A DNA stretch of 64,000 nt. Origin: Hormoscilla sp. (lineage in GTDB: Bacteria > Cyanobacteriota > Cyanobacteriia > Cyanobacteriales > Desertifilaceae). Shown here one piece after another: positions 49,650-60,600 of this stretch. The position numbers and the translations under genes are program-made. Below the pieces are notes generated by a model that saw only the letters and a list, made by a program, of their open reading frames with translations, made no database searches and was not told the DNA's origin. The number at the start of each line of letters is the position of its first letter. The stretch's first letter is position 1. The stretch is from contig JBFRWI010000100.1 of NCBI GenBank assembly GCA_051439505.1, positions 69,424 to 133,423 on the forward strand, read 5' to 3'.

Positions 49650-50951
49650 TTAAGGCTCGGGGCTGACAGGCTCGGTAATTAATTGATTAGTCACTGCCAT
49701 CACTGCGGGCGGGAGGGCGAACCCGCCTTCAGTTTTCTCCAGGAGCGATCGCCCGATCAGGGAGCTTAAGGCCCGGAGCAAGTCCTGGGGAGATGTTTCC
49801 GATAAGCTTTCCTGTAAGGCAGGCAGCTTGACGGGGCCTTCACTGAGGGCAATATGGGAGAGGATCTGCTTTTCGAGACCGGATAGGCGATCGAACAGCT
49901 CTCCAATCAAGTTACTAATATCATGAGTGAACAAAGTGGTGGCTAAAAAGTCAGTGACGTTGCCGTCAAAAACCTCTTTAATGGTGATGGCAACAAGCTT
50001 GAGCATCAAGGGATTGCCACGATAACCTTGAATTAATTTTCCCCAATTTTTCTGGCCGGACAAACCTTTTTCTTTTAAGATCGATCGGGCATCATCTGCC
50101 AAACCCTCTAATGTGAAAGAACGGACCGGGGAGGTTTCCCCTTCTAGTAAGGAAATTTGACTGAGTTTCTCCTGAGAGACGATTAACAAGCAGCTTTCAT
50201 GGGGTTCGGTGCCGATGCGTTGGAGAAATTCGCCATATTTTTCATACCCTTCTCGGTAGACCCCAGCAAGTTCACCCCTTTGCAGGAGGGACTCGGCGCG
50301 ATCGAGGATAATCAAACAGCGGCGTTGGCGGAAAAAGTCCATCAGCCAGGCCATCTGTTCCTCTACCGTTTCGGGTAATTCCGTTTCTAGCTGGCCCGAC
50401 AAGGCTGGGATTAGTAGGGCCAAAAGCTCCTCCAGAGTCGGACCGTGACGGAGCGATCGCCAGACCACATGCTGGAAGTGAGGCTGGATCTGTTGAGCTA
50501 GCTTCACAGATAGGGTGCTTTTGCCTATACCTGTCATACCCAGCAGTCCGATGAGGCGACAGCGGTCAGCAACAATCCAACTTGACAGCTGGGTCAGTTC
50601 TGCCGTGCGACCGTAGAAAACCGAGACATCCGGGGCTTTCCCCCAATCTATGCCAGTAGGGATGGGGGATGCTATATTGCTGGTGACATCAGATAGAGAG
50701 GAAGCTTGTTCTTGGTAGCGAGAGACCAGCAGCTGTTGCAGTTTTGTCAGCTTCACCGGTCCCTTGCCCTCAATCTGGAATTTTTGGTACACTTCACTCA
50801 GTCTTTTTCTGACCGCATCCGCGCTAATGTTTAGCTGTTCGGCGATCGCGGCGGTCCCTTCACCGTCCATTGCCAGAGACAGGGCCTCCAGTTCGGCGGC
50901 AGTCAGACCATGTTCGGTAGCTAAAGCTTTGAGAAACTCCTGGGAAATCAC
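49650..50951 (-). CDS. LuxR-like HTH + NB-ARC (STAND) ATPase with no C-terminal repeats
   Basis: IAEQLNISADAVRKRLSEVY; DWGKAPDVSVFYGR; GMTGIGKS; YRGNPLMLK. Confidence 0.85.
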   Translation of the reverse strand: MISQEFLKALATEHGLTAAELEALSLAMDGEGTAAIAEQLNISADAVRKRLSEVYQKFQIEGKGPVKLTKLQQLLVSRYQEQASSLSDVTSNIASPIPTGIDWGKAPDVSVFYGRTAELTQLSSWIVADRCRLIGLLGMTGIGKSTLSVKLAQQIQPHFQHVVWRSLRHGPTLEELLALLIPALSGQLETELPETVEEQMAWLMDFFRQRRCLIILDRAESLLQRGELAGVYREGYEKYGEFLQRIGTEPHESCLLIVSQEKLSQISLLEGETSPVRSFTLEGLADDARSILKEKGLSGQKNWGKLIQGYRGNPLMLKLVAITIKEVFDGNVTDFLATTLFTHDISNLIGELFDRLSGLEKQILSHIALSEGPVKLPALQESLSETSPQDLLRALSSLIGRSLLEKTEGGFALPPAVMAVTNQLITEPVSPEP

Positions 50952-51222
50952 AGTGCCACACACTCATATATACCTAATACTCCATCTTACCTCATAATCA
51001 TGAGATATTGTTGGTTCTGTCCACATTTATCTGATACTTAGGGCCCTGGGTTCATCAGTAGTTTGGCATAGTATGAGATTTTAGGGTTATTTATGGGGAT
51101 GGGTCGTGAAAAATAACTCCTCGCTCATGTGAGCTGCGTCGGATCCTTGACAAGAGCGTGCATCACCAGATGCAGCTATCAACTACTTGTGACCACACCC
51201 ATTTACGTGCCAAATGCAGATT

Positions 51223-52087
51223 TTAATAATCTTTTTTAGATAAATTATTTTTCATCAGTAAATAAGATTTTTCTGCTTGTCTTTGTCTCTCCAGTGTCAA
51301 GTCCTTCATCCTATAATTCGGTCCTTGCAATTCAGGGTTTGGGTAAATTCCAGCCGGAATAGTTTGACTATCGGCTAATATCTCTTGAGCAGTTTTTACA
51401 TAGAGATCGAACTCAAGTAAATAACTGTAGGCTTTCAAATCCCAAATCGAGTCAAATTGAAACGGATCGATGATTCTTTGGGATCTAATAATTGGTCCTG
51501 TATCGACACCTTCATCGATGTAATGGATGGTTATCCCCACAGCTTCCCTAAATTTCTTGACATCCTCGAAAATGGCAATATTTTCTATTGAATACATTCC
51601 ACGACCATAGGGTAGAATAGCAGAATGACAATTGAACAGTTGGGATTGTGTCATTTCTATCCACCACGGTTTGAGCATTTGAGTTACGCAAACAAAAATC
51701 AAAGGTGGAGAATCTTTTGGATGCTTCTATGAGCCATTCTTTTGCAGAGATGCCATTCAAATTATCTCCAATAAATATGGTTTGAGAATATCCAGTACTC
51801 GAATACGGCGCTATGCCATCACGTTCGATCATCGCCCGATCGGTCGGCTCGATGTTGGGATATAATTCTCTCAAGGCTTGATTAATTTCATCTGTAAAAT
51901 GTTTTTGACCAGAATACTGAGCGTGGAAAGCATTTCTGGCTTGAAGCACCGTTTCTGGTTGAACTTTTTCCTTGACGATCACTCCCTGGAAGTCGGGCAA
52001 ATCTCCAAACGCTTCAATCCATTTTGATACCAAATAAGAGCAAAGAATATTATAATCTACCAATAAGTAAAATTTCTTATGATTCAT
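51223..52087 (-). pseudogene. Formyltransferase-family gene split by a +1 frameshift
   Basis: NCHSAILPYGRG and GITIHYIDEGVDTGPII in the 3' ORF; removing one T at 51715-51718 fuses the two ORFs (EASK-DSPPLIFVC). Confidence 0.75.
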
Positions 52088-52289
52088 GGATGGACCTCAC
52101 TGATTTGGGATTTAAGCTGACTCTAAAAAAGCTGAATGGCGGTTCTAGAGACTAGATTTATTCATTTTAGCTTCTATGTCGCTCACAAAATCAGTCTTAG
52201 GGGATATTTTTCCTAGGTAGCAACTTGGGTTAATTATACGACTTCTACCGACTTCCCACCGAACCCGCCTGGGAACCGGCGGGGTAACT

Positions 52290-52437
52290 TTGGCACAGGC
52301 CCCTTCTGAAGATACCATGGAAGTCCCGATCGGGGTTTCGGGGGTGCAAGTGCAAGCGGTCCCGAAAACCTTGCATTGCCAGGGTTTTCGGGACGCCTTT
52401 AAGGATTTCTCCCCATTGACAAGCGGCAGCATCTGAT
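52290..52437 (-). pseudogene. hypD: hypD C-terminal fragment
   Basis: [23 protein letters not shown](TC)[18 protein letters not shown]; frameshifted, with apparent Cys substitutions and a 6-bp duplication. Confidence 0.8.
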
Positions 52438-52586
52438 ATTTTTTGGTTAGGGATGCTAAATTTGGTAGTGAGTCACTTGTAGTGATGGAGTATGTTCTCC
52501 GGACGCCAGATCCAGCAATTCACCCATGACAATTGACAATTGTCAATTATATTCTAAAGCAACTAATAATTACTCAGGCTCCTGCA

Positions 52587-53639
52587 ATGGCAATTGACGT
52601 GCAAATCCCCAACTGGTCCAATTTACTACAACAACTCCTAGATAAGCGATCGCTCTCACGGGCCCAAGCAGAGTCCTTAATGGAGGGATGGTTAAGCGAG
52701 ACAATTCCTCAGGTACTCTCAGGAGCGATCTTAGCGGCCATCCAAGCTAAAGGTGTAGAAGCAGCAGAACTGGCGGGCATGGCCTCGGTATTGCAATCTC
52801 AATCGAAATCATACCAGACAAGTCCAAGTCCGCATTCGACCCCTGTAATAGATACCTGCGGAACGGGTGGGGATGGTGCTTCCACCTTTAATATCTCTAC
52901 AGCTGTTGCCTTTGTGGCCGCAGCAGCAGGGGTGAAAGTGGCCAAACATGGCAATCGTTCGGCATCTAGTAAGGTGGGTTCGGCGGATGTGTTGGAAGGT
53001 TTGGGGGTAAACTTGAATGCACCCACTGAGAAGGTTGTCTCCGCCCTGGATGAAGTAGGAATCACGTTTCTATTTGCCCCCGGTTGGCATCCGGCGATGA
53101 AGGCGGTAGTTCCTCTGCGGAAAACTCTGAAGGTGCGAACTGTCTTTAATCTCTTGGGTCCGCTGGTCAATCCCTTGCGCCCTACAGGTCAGGCGATCGG
53201 GGTATTCGATGGGGCGCTGGTGGAAACGATCGCCCAAGCATTGCAGCAGCTAGGAACCCAGAAGGCGATCGTCCTCCACGGACGGGAAAAACTAGATGAG
53301 GCGGGGTTAGGAGATTTAACAGATGTGGCCATATTGTCCGACGGTCGGGTACAGATAACCGCAGTCAATCCCCAGGAACTGGGTTTAACAGCAGCAAGGG
53401 TCGATGCCTTGCGAGGGGGCGAAATTAAAGACAATGTTGAGATTATGTGCAATGTGCTGCAAGGCAAGGGTACGGCGGCCCAGCAGGATGTGGTGGCATT
53501 GAATGCATCTTTGGCCCTTCAGGTGGGTGAAGTTGTGCCACTTCAGGCTCATGCAGAGGGTGTTAAGGTGGCCAAGGATATCCTATCCAGTGGTGCGGCG
53601 TGGACCAAGTTGTCCCAGTTGGTGCAGTTTCTCCAGTAA
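52587..53639 (+). CDS. trpD: Anthranilate phosphoribosyltransferase
   Basis: [37 protein letters not shown]. Confidence 0.95.
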   Translation: MAIDVQIPNWSNLLQQLLDKRSLSRAQAESLMEGWLSETIPQVLSGAILAAIQAKGVEAAELAGMASVLQSQSKSYQTSPSPHSTPVIDTCGTGGDGASTFNISTAVAFVAAAAGVKVAKHGNRSASSKVGSADVLEGLGVNLNAPTEKVVSALDEVGITFLFAPGWHPAMKAVVPLRKTLKVRTVFNLLGPLVNPLRPTGQAIGVFDGALVETIAQALQQLGTQKAIVLHGREKLDEAGLGDLTDVAILSDGRVQITAVNPQELGLTAARVDALRGGEIKDNVEIMCNVLQGKGTAAQQDVVALNASLALQVGEVVPLQAHAEGVKVAKDILSSGAAWTKLSQLVQFLQ

Positions 53640-53850
53640 GTACCAAAGATCCTAAAATATGATACGTCCCAGACAGCCATTTTTGACCACTATATCCGCT
53701 AAAATGCTATATTGGGGTAAATCGCCAGGCGATTTTGGCCGTTTGGGGCGCTTGGCCATGTGTTGAGGTACTATAGGTAGCGACTGTTGTTCGCGGAATC
53801 GAGACAGACGGTAACAAAAGGACTTCAGACAATTATAAACAGAAAAAAAC

Positions 53851-54495
53851 ATGAGTCAAGATCCTCAGAGTATTAGTTCAAACTGGGCGCACCGTCCTCC
53901 TCAGGAGGCATCAAAAGTTGAGGCAGATTACGATTTTCTGGCAGATGATTATGACAATTTGATCGAGAAGTGGGCTTATAAGGGCCATGAATTTGGGGCA
54001 GAACTTGCCAAGCGTTTTTTATCACCTGAAGATTTGATTCTAGACGCGGGTTGCGGCACAGGTCTGACTGGAGAAGTTCTGTTTGAAGGAGGGTTTAAAA
54101 ATATAGTTGGTGTTGATATATCCCAAAAATCTCTCGACAAAGCTGCACAGCGCCAGGTATATCGCGAACTTATTAAAGGTAACCTTCAAGATCCTCTTTC
54201 CTGGGATGACAACCGGTTTGATGCCGCCTACTGCATCGGTGTTCTCACCTATTTCCCAGATAGTTTTCCTTTAGGGGAATTTTGCCGCGTGACGCGCCCG
54301 GATGGATGGATTATTTTTTCCCAACGGGTTGATTTATTTGAAGAAGGCGGTCACGGAAAGCAATATGATTCAATGGAGTCCGAAGGTCTCTGGGAGAAAA
54401 AATATATGTCCCAGCCAATGCCTTACCTTCCCGGGCACTCAGAATACGGCGAGCAAATTCTAGTGTATTATCTTGTCTATCAAGTAAATCAATGA
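53851..54495 (+). CDS. Class I SAM-dependent methyltransferase
   Basis: ILDAGCGTG; GVDIS; first gene of the NRPS/PKS cluster. Confidence 0.9.
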   Translation: MSQDPQSISSNWAHRPPQEASKVEADYDFLADDYDNLIEKWAYKGHEFGAELAKRFLSPEDLILDAGCGTGLTGEVLFEGGFKNIVGVDISQKSLDKAAQRQVYRELIKGNLQDPLSWDDNRFDAAYCIGVLTYFPDSFPLGEFCRVTRPDGWIIFSQRVDLFEEGGHGKQYDSMESEGLWEKKYMSQPMPYLPGHSEYGEQILVYYLVYQVNQ

Positions 54496-54534
54496 TTTTG
54501 CCATCGCCGGACAAAATTTAGAAAGGACTCATTT

Positions 54535-57500
54535 ATGTCTGTATCAAACCTCATTATTAATGAAGTCAGGGTGCCTTGCCTCTCAGGTGATTTTCTACCC
54601 GAGAAAAACACAACTACATCACAGCTGTTCGATCGGCAAGCAGAACGAAGGCCGAATGCCACCGCCATCTGTATGGGCGACGCTGAGTTGAGCTATGGGG
54701 AACTGCGGGAACGATCGAACCGTCTGGCTCGCTTTTTGCAGTCGAGGGGATTCGGTTCCGGTCAGTTCGTGGGAATTTGCATAGATCGCAGCTGGGAAAT
54801 GGCCATCGGATTGCTCGGCATCATGAAATCTGGAGCCGCCTACGTTCCCCTAGATCCTCGCTTCCCACCGGAACGCTTGAAATTCACGATCGCCGATGCA
54901 GGGATTAAATGTATTATTTCCACAACAGATTGTGCGTCGGCAATTCCGGACTGCGATGTTGAAATTCATCAGTTAGATGCTTTAAGCGATCGCCTCGCCT
55001 CTATCGAGCGCGATACACCAGAAGTCACATTATCACCGAGTTCGCCCGCTTATCTGATCTATACCTCGGGATCGACTGGAAAACCTAAAGGCGTGATGGT
55101 ACCTCATGAAGCCTTGGTCAACTTCTTGCGATCGATGCAAATTTCTCCGGGTATTACCGAAGGCGATCGACTGCTCGCCGTCACTACCATTTCCTTCGAT
55201 ATATCCGGTCTCGAACTTTATCTGCCTTTAATCTCGGGTGCTAGCCTGCGATTGCTAAAGGATCGGGAAGCTCGAAATAGCAGCATCCTGAATCACTTCA
55301 CCGAAAGTGGCGAGATCTCGATTATGCAGGCGACGCCGACCACCTGGCAAATGATGCTAAATGGCGGTTGGAAAGGACATCGGCAGCTCAAAGCACTCGT
55401 AGGCGGGGAGGCATTTCCACCAGCTCTGGCTAAAAGAATGCTCGGGAAGTGTGGGGAAATTTGGAATATGTACGGCCCCACCGAAACCACAATTTGGTCG
55501 GCACATGCTCGGGTTACGGATACCCAAATCTCTCTGGGAACCCCCATTCACAATACCCGCATCTACGTGATGGAAGATGGGGAGATTTGTATTGGCGGAA
55601 AGGGGCTGGCATTGGGTTACAAAGACCGACCGGAATTAAATGCCGAAAAATTCCTGTATTCTCAGGTCGCAGGAGAACGCATTTATCGCACTGGCGATCT
55701 GGGTCGGATCGACGAGGGGGGCAGACTTCATTTTCTCGGTCGCATCGACCATCAGGTTAAAGTCAACGGGTACCGCATCGAAACCGGTGAAATAGAAGCG
55801 CTGATCGATGAAGATGATGGCGTTCGGCAATCTGTAGTGACCGTCAAATCCTACGGAGCGAACGATTCCAGATTGGTCGCTTATGTCATGCCAGAATTGC
55901 AAAGCACTGCAGACATGGGGGAAACGGCTGAAGGTCCCGATCGAGTCGCCCTTTGGGAAACCATTTGGAGCAACGCTCACGGCCAGGATTCCGCAGTTTA
56001 CGATCCAACTTTCAATTACGCTGGGTACAACAACAGCTTTACTGGCAAGCCCATGCCCGAAGAGCAAATGCGGGAATGGGGTCGAAATACAATTGCTCGG
56101 ATCCGAGAGCTGAATCCCAAAAACGTCTTAGAAATTGGATGTGGAACGGGGATATTGCTGTTTGCGATCGCGCCAGACACCGATCGTTACGTGGGAACAG
56201 ACATTTCTACATCTGCTCTATCCCACGTACAAGCACAGGTTGAAAAAAATCCCGAACTAGCATCGAAGGTGGCATTACATCACCGGCCCGCCCACGCTCT
56301 ACCGGATCTAGAGCCCGGAACCTTCGATACCATTATCTTGAATTCCGTCGTGCAATATTTTCCGGGGGCGGATTATCTCGAAGGAGTCATCAAAAAACTC
56401 GTCCCCTTGCTCCGGCCCGACGGCTCAATTTTTATTGGGGACGTGCGGAACCTCCTGCTCCTCGAAGCGTTCCACAAAAAGCTGTTGCAGGCCGTTACCT
56501 CCCAAGAACCGAGCCACCAGCAGGTACGGCAGTCGGTCAGAAAAGAAGAAGAACTCGTGCTGGCCCCGGAGTGGTTTTTAGCCCTGAAAAGCAAGATTCC
56601 GGCGGTTAGAGATGTCACGATCGCACCCAAGGAAGGACGCTTTGAAAACGAGTTCAACTGTTTTCGCTACGATACGACGATCTCGATCGCGCCCCCTGTA
56701 ACGGCAGAAGTAGAGTGGCATCATTGGACGCGGGAAAACTGGACGAAAACCAGATTGAGTGAGGTTCTAGAGTCCGGACCGTCAGTGCTAGCCCTGGAAG
56801 GGGTTCGCAATGCCATGCTCTCAGAATCGAGGGGCGATGCTGCTGCTTCGCCACGGCTACGCCTACGCGATCGGGCGATCGCTCCTGGGGGCTGTGTGGA
56901 TTTGGGCGCACGATACAACTACAATGTTCGTACCAGTTGGGCAAATAGCGATCGAACCGGCGCGTTCGATGTTGTTTTTCTCCAGAACGAAAACATAGTG
57001 CCTGCATTTGGACCAACCGAACTAGACTCGTCGTCCCAGAAAACGACCAATTACCCGATGTTACCCAGTTTGGCGCGACAGCTAGAGCCGCGCTTGAGGA
57101 AGCGACTGGGAGAATTCCTACCGGACTACGAGCTGCCGAAGGCATACGTGTTTCTAGACAGTTTCCCCCAGACACTCAATGGTAAAGTCGATCGGAAAAA
57201 CCTTCCCGAACCCAATCTCGGGCGACCGGTACTGGCCAACAGCTTTCAAAAGCCGCAAACGGATGAAGAGCGCCTGTTGGCTGAAATTTGGGCCGAGACG
57301 CTTCAAATCGAGGAGGTGGGAGCCACAGACAACTTTTTCGACTTAGGTGGCAGTTCGATTTTGCTCACTCAGATGCATGGTAAGATCGCAGGGCATTTTC
57401 CGGGTACCAGCATAATCGACCTATTAGAGCATCCCACCATTCGCACCCTGGCAGAGTCCTTGGCTTCCCTAGGCCATGCCAGCCCATCTCAAGGCAACGA

Positions 57501-57606
57501 TCGGATGGAAAAACGCATGACGCGAGGCAGACCAGTACAAGCCCGCCGCAACCTGCGCAAAAGTCTAAAAAATCAATTTACCGACGATGGAGATGAACGA
57601 GCATAA
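54535..57606 (+). CDS. NRPS initiation module A(Gly)-N-methyltransferase-T
   Basis: YTSGSTGKPKG; YGPTE; YRTGD; embedded LEIGCGTG/LNSVVQYFP; NGKVDR; FFDLGGSS; code read by eye DILQLGMIWK. Confidence 0.9.
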   Translation: MSVSNLIINEVRVPCLSGDFLPEKNTTTSQLFDRQAERRPNATAICMGDAELSYGELRERSNRLARFLQSRGFGSGQFVGICIDRSWEMAIGLLGIMKSGAAYVPLDPRFPPERLKFTIADAGIKCIISTTDCASAIPDCDVEIHQLDALSDRLASIERDTPEVTLSPSSPAYLIYTSGSTGKPKGVMVPHEALVNFLRSMQISPGITEGDRLLAVTTISFDISGLELYLPLISGASLRLLKDREARNSSILNHFTESGEISIMQATPTTWQMMLNGGWKGHRQLKALVGGEAFPPALAKRMLGKCGEIWNMYGPTETTIWSAHARVTDTQISLGTPIHNTRIYVMEDGEICIGGKGLALGYKDRPELNAEKFLYSQVAGERIYRTGDLGRIDEGGRLHFLGRIDHQVKVNGYRIETGEIEALIDEDDGVRQSVVTVKSYGANDSRLVAYVMPELQSTADMGETAEGPDRVALWETIWSNAHGQDSAVYDPTFNYAGYNNSFTGKPMPEEQMREWGRNTIARIRELNPKNVLEIGCGTGILLFAIAPDTDRYVGTDISTSALSHVQAQVEKNPELASKVALHHRPAHALPDLEPGTFDTIILNSVVQYFPGADYLEGVIKKLVPLLRPDGSIFIGDVRNLLLLEAFHKKLLQAVTSQEPSHQQVRQSVRKEEELVLAPEWFLALKSKIPAVRDVTIAPKEGRFENEFNCFRYDTTISIAPPVTAEVEWHHWTRENWTKTRLSEVLESGPSVLALEGVRNAMLSESRGDAAASPRLRLRDRAIAPGGCVDLGARYNYNVRTSWANSDRTGAFDVVFLQNENIVPAFGPTELDSSSQKTTNYPMLPSLARQLEPRLRKRLGEFLPDYELPKAYVFLDSFPQTLNGKVDRKNLPEPNLGRPVLANSFQKPQTDEERLLAEIWAETLQIEEVGATDNFFDLGGSSILLTQMHGKIAGHFPGTSIIDLLEHPTIRTLAESLASLGHASPSQGNDRMEKRMTRGRPVQARRNLRKSLKNQFTDDGDERA
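56831..56877. mobile_element. HIP1-associated small dispersed repeat inserted in frame (33 bp including duplicated GCGAT)
   Basis: 47-bp exact inverted match to 60277-60323. Confidence 0.75.
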
Positions 57607-60600
57607 CACGAGCAGCCAAATCGCCGAAACCGACATTGCTGTTATTGGCATGAGCTGCCGATTTCCAGCTGCAGAGGATCCAGAGGAATTTTGGGAAAAC
57701 TTGCGCGACGGCATCGAGTCGGTGACGTTTTTCCGCGACGAAGATCTGCTAGCCAATGGGGTCGATCCCGAACTATTGCGCCATCGGAACTACGTCAAAG
57801 CCAATCCGATCCTGAAAAATCCCCTGGAATTCGATGCTGGTTTCTTCGGGATTCCCCCCTTGGAAGCCGAAATGCTCGATCCCCAACAACGCATCTTCCT
57901 AGAATGTGCCTGGGAAGCGCTAGAAAGTGCGGGAACGATTCCAGGGGAAACCGATGGGATTGTGGGCATATTTGCAGGAGCGGGTATCAGCTCCTACTTG
58001 CATCGGATTTTGCCCAACAACGGCAACTTCTTTGAATCCGTTGCTAATTTTCAGATGATGCTTGGCAACGATAAGGATTATTTGCCCACGCGGGTCTCCT
58101 ATCGGCTTAACCTGACTGGACCGAGCGTCAACGTCCAAACGGCCTGTTCCACCTCCCTAGTTGCCCTGCACCTGGCTTGCCAAAGCATTCTCAACGGCGA
58201 TTGCGATGTTGCCCTAGCTGGTGGCGCATCTGTATTTCTTCCCCAGCATTGCGGGTACCTGTTCCAGTCGGGGATGATTTTCTCCCCCGACGGACATTGC
58301 CGCCCCTTTGATGCCAATGCAAAAGGCACCACCTTTGGCAGCGGGGTGGGAGTTGTGGCGTTGAAACTGCTCTCTCAGGCTTTGGAAGAAGGGGATCCCA
58401 TTCGAGCAGTAGTTAAAGGCTCGGCGATTAATAACGATGGCTCTCTGAAGGTGGGTTTTACCGCTCCTTCCGTCAGCGGTCAAGCCTCGGTAATTGCGGA
58501 GGCTATGGGCATGGCGGGAGTTTCCCCCGAATCTATTTCCTACCTGCAAGCCCACGGAACTGCTACAGAGTTAGGGGACCCGATCGAAATTAGAGCTCTG
58601 ACCCAGGCTTTTCGTACCCAGACCGATAAGAAGGGCTACTGCGCGATCGGCTCGGTGAAGAGTAATTTCGGACATCTGATTTCAGCATCTGGGGTGGCCG
58701 GGGCGATCGCCACCATCTTGGCGCTCGAAAACCAGCAAATTCCACCCAGCCTTCATTTTGAATCCCCCAACCCGACGATCGACTTTGAAAACAGTCCCTT
58801 TTTTGTCAATACCGAACTGAAAAATTGGACCACGGATGGGGGTCCGCGAATTGCTGGCGTTTCTTCTTTTGGATTGGGAGGAACCAATGCCCATGCTATC
58901 ATTGCCGAAGCACCGGCAGTTGGGAAAGAAATAGGCCGGAGCAGCAGACCGCGAGTATTGCTGACCCTTTCGGGGGAATCGGATCTAGCGGTTGTAGAAC
59001 TAGCTGCCAAGTACGCCCGCTTTTTCCAAAAACACCCCCAGGTCTCCCTACCAGATGCAGCCTATACCACACATGTAGGCAGAAAACATTTTCCGGTTCG
59101 TGCCGCCTATTCTGCCGCAGATGTCGGCGAATTGATTGGCTCCCTTGAAAGCAATAGCGCGATCGCCCTTAGCTCCAATGGGTCTGCCCAACTGGCTTTT
59201 CTATTTACCGGACAAGGAGCCCAAGAAGCGGGTATGGGCAAAAGACTGTACGAAACGGAACCCGTGTTTGAGGAGGTTTTAACTCGCTGCGACGAGGCTT
59301 TTCGCAGCAAGCGAGGTCGGTCTCTTATTGACATTATCTTTGCTGAAGACGGGAACGATTCGATCCACGCCACGGAGTTCGCTCAGCCGGGAATTTACGC
59401 GATCGAATGCGCCATTGCCGCACTGTTTATGTCTTGGGGAATTCAACCTTCTTCTGTTGCGGGTCACAGCATCGGTGAATTTGCAGCTGCCTGGACTGCT
59501 GGGGTGTTTGAGTTGGAAGAAGGTTTGAGTCTGGTTGCCGAACGGGGGCGCTTGATGCAAGAACTCCCGGTATCGGGGGGCATGGTCTGCGTTTTCGCCC
59601 CACGGGAGGTGGTCGAGGATTACTTAATTGACGGTCTTTCCATTGCCGTTGAAAACGCTCCCGATGCAGTGGTGGTATCGGGGCCGTCCGCAGCTCTAGA
59701 GGCAATGGTCCAGCAGCTTCAGGGGGATAATGTCCGTTGCAAAGAATTACAAGTTTCCCATGGCTTTCATTCCCCGCTGATGGAACCCATGCTGGCAGAA
59801 TACGAACGGTTTGCCTCACAGTTTGTCTTCCAACAGCCAGAGATACCCTTCATTTCCAACCTAACGGGTGACTTTCTGAGTTTCGATCGGCCCTTGGATG
59901 CCAGTTATTGGACGGAACATATCCGCTCGACGGTTCGGTTTCGCGAGGGGCTAAACGCCCTGGTCAGTTCGGGAGTCCAGCTGTTCCTGGAAATAGGTCC
60001 CAAACCGATTCTCTGCGGGATCGGACAAAAACAGTTTCCTGCCCTGACTTGGATACCCTCCCTGCAAAAAGGTTTGGGAAATACGGGGGATGTTTTAGAC
60101 GGTCTCGGCCAGCTCTATACCTGCGGGGTTGCCATCGACTGGAATGCCTTTCATGCTAGCGAAAACAGACTGAAAATCCCCCTGCCCACCTATGCTTTCC
60201 AACGCCAAATTTACCAGCCGGAAAAAACGATGATGCCTATAACGAGTTCTCAAGTCGATGGCAACGGCCAGACTACCGCCCGATCGCGTAGGCGTAGCCG
60301 TGGCGAAGCAGCAGCATCGCCCCATGGGGAGAAGATCGAGCGGGAATTGACGGAGACGATCGCGAAAATGATGCGCCTGGATGGCGACCAAATCGATCGC
60401 GAAGCATCCTTTATGGCCCTGGGGCTGGACTCCCTGACATTGCTCAATGTTATTTCCAGCATCGAGAAAAAATATGGTGTCACCCTTGAGGTATACCAAT
60501 TCTTTGATGAGTTGACAAACTTACAACAACTCACTGATTTCCTGATCGAAGAAGTGTCTCAACATCCATTAGAAGAATCTGTCTCGACAGCCGCAGCCGC

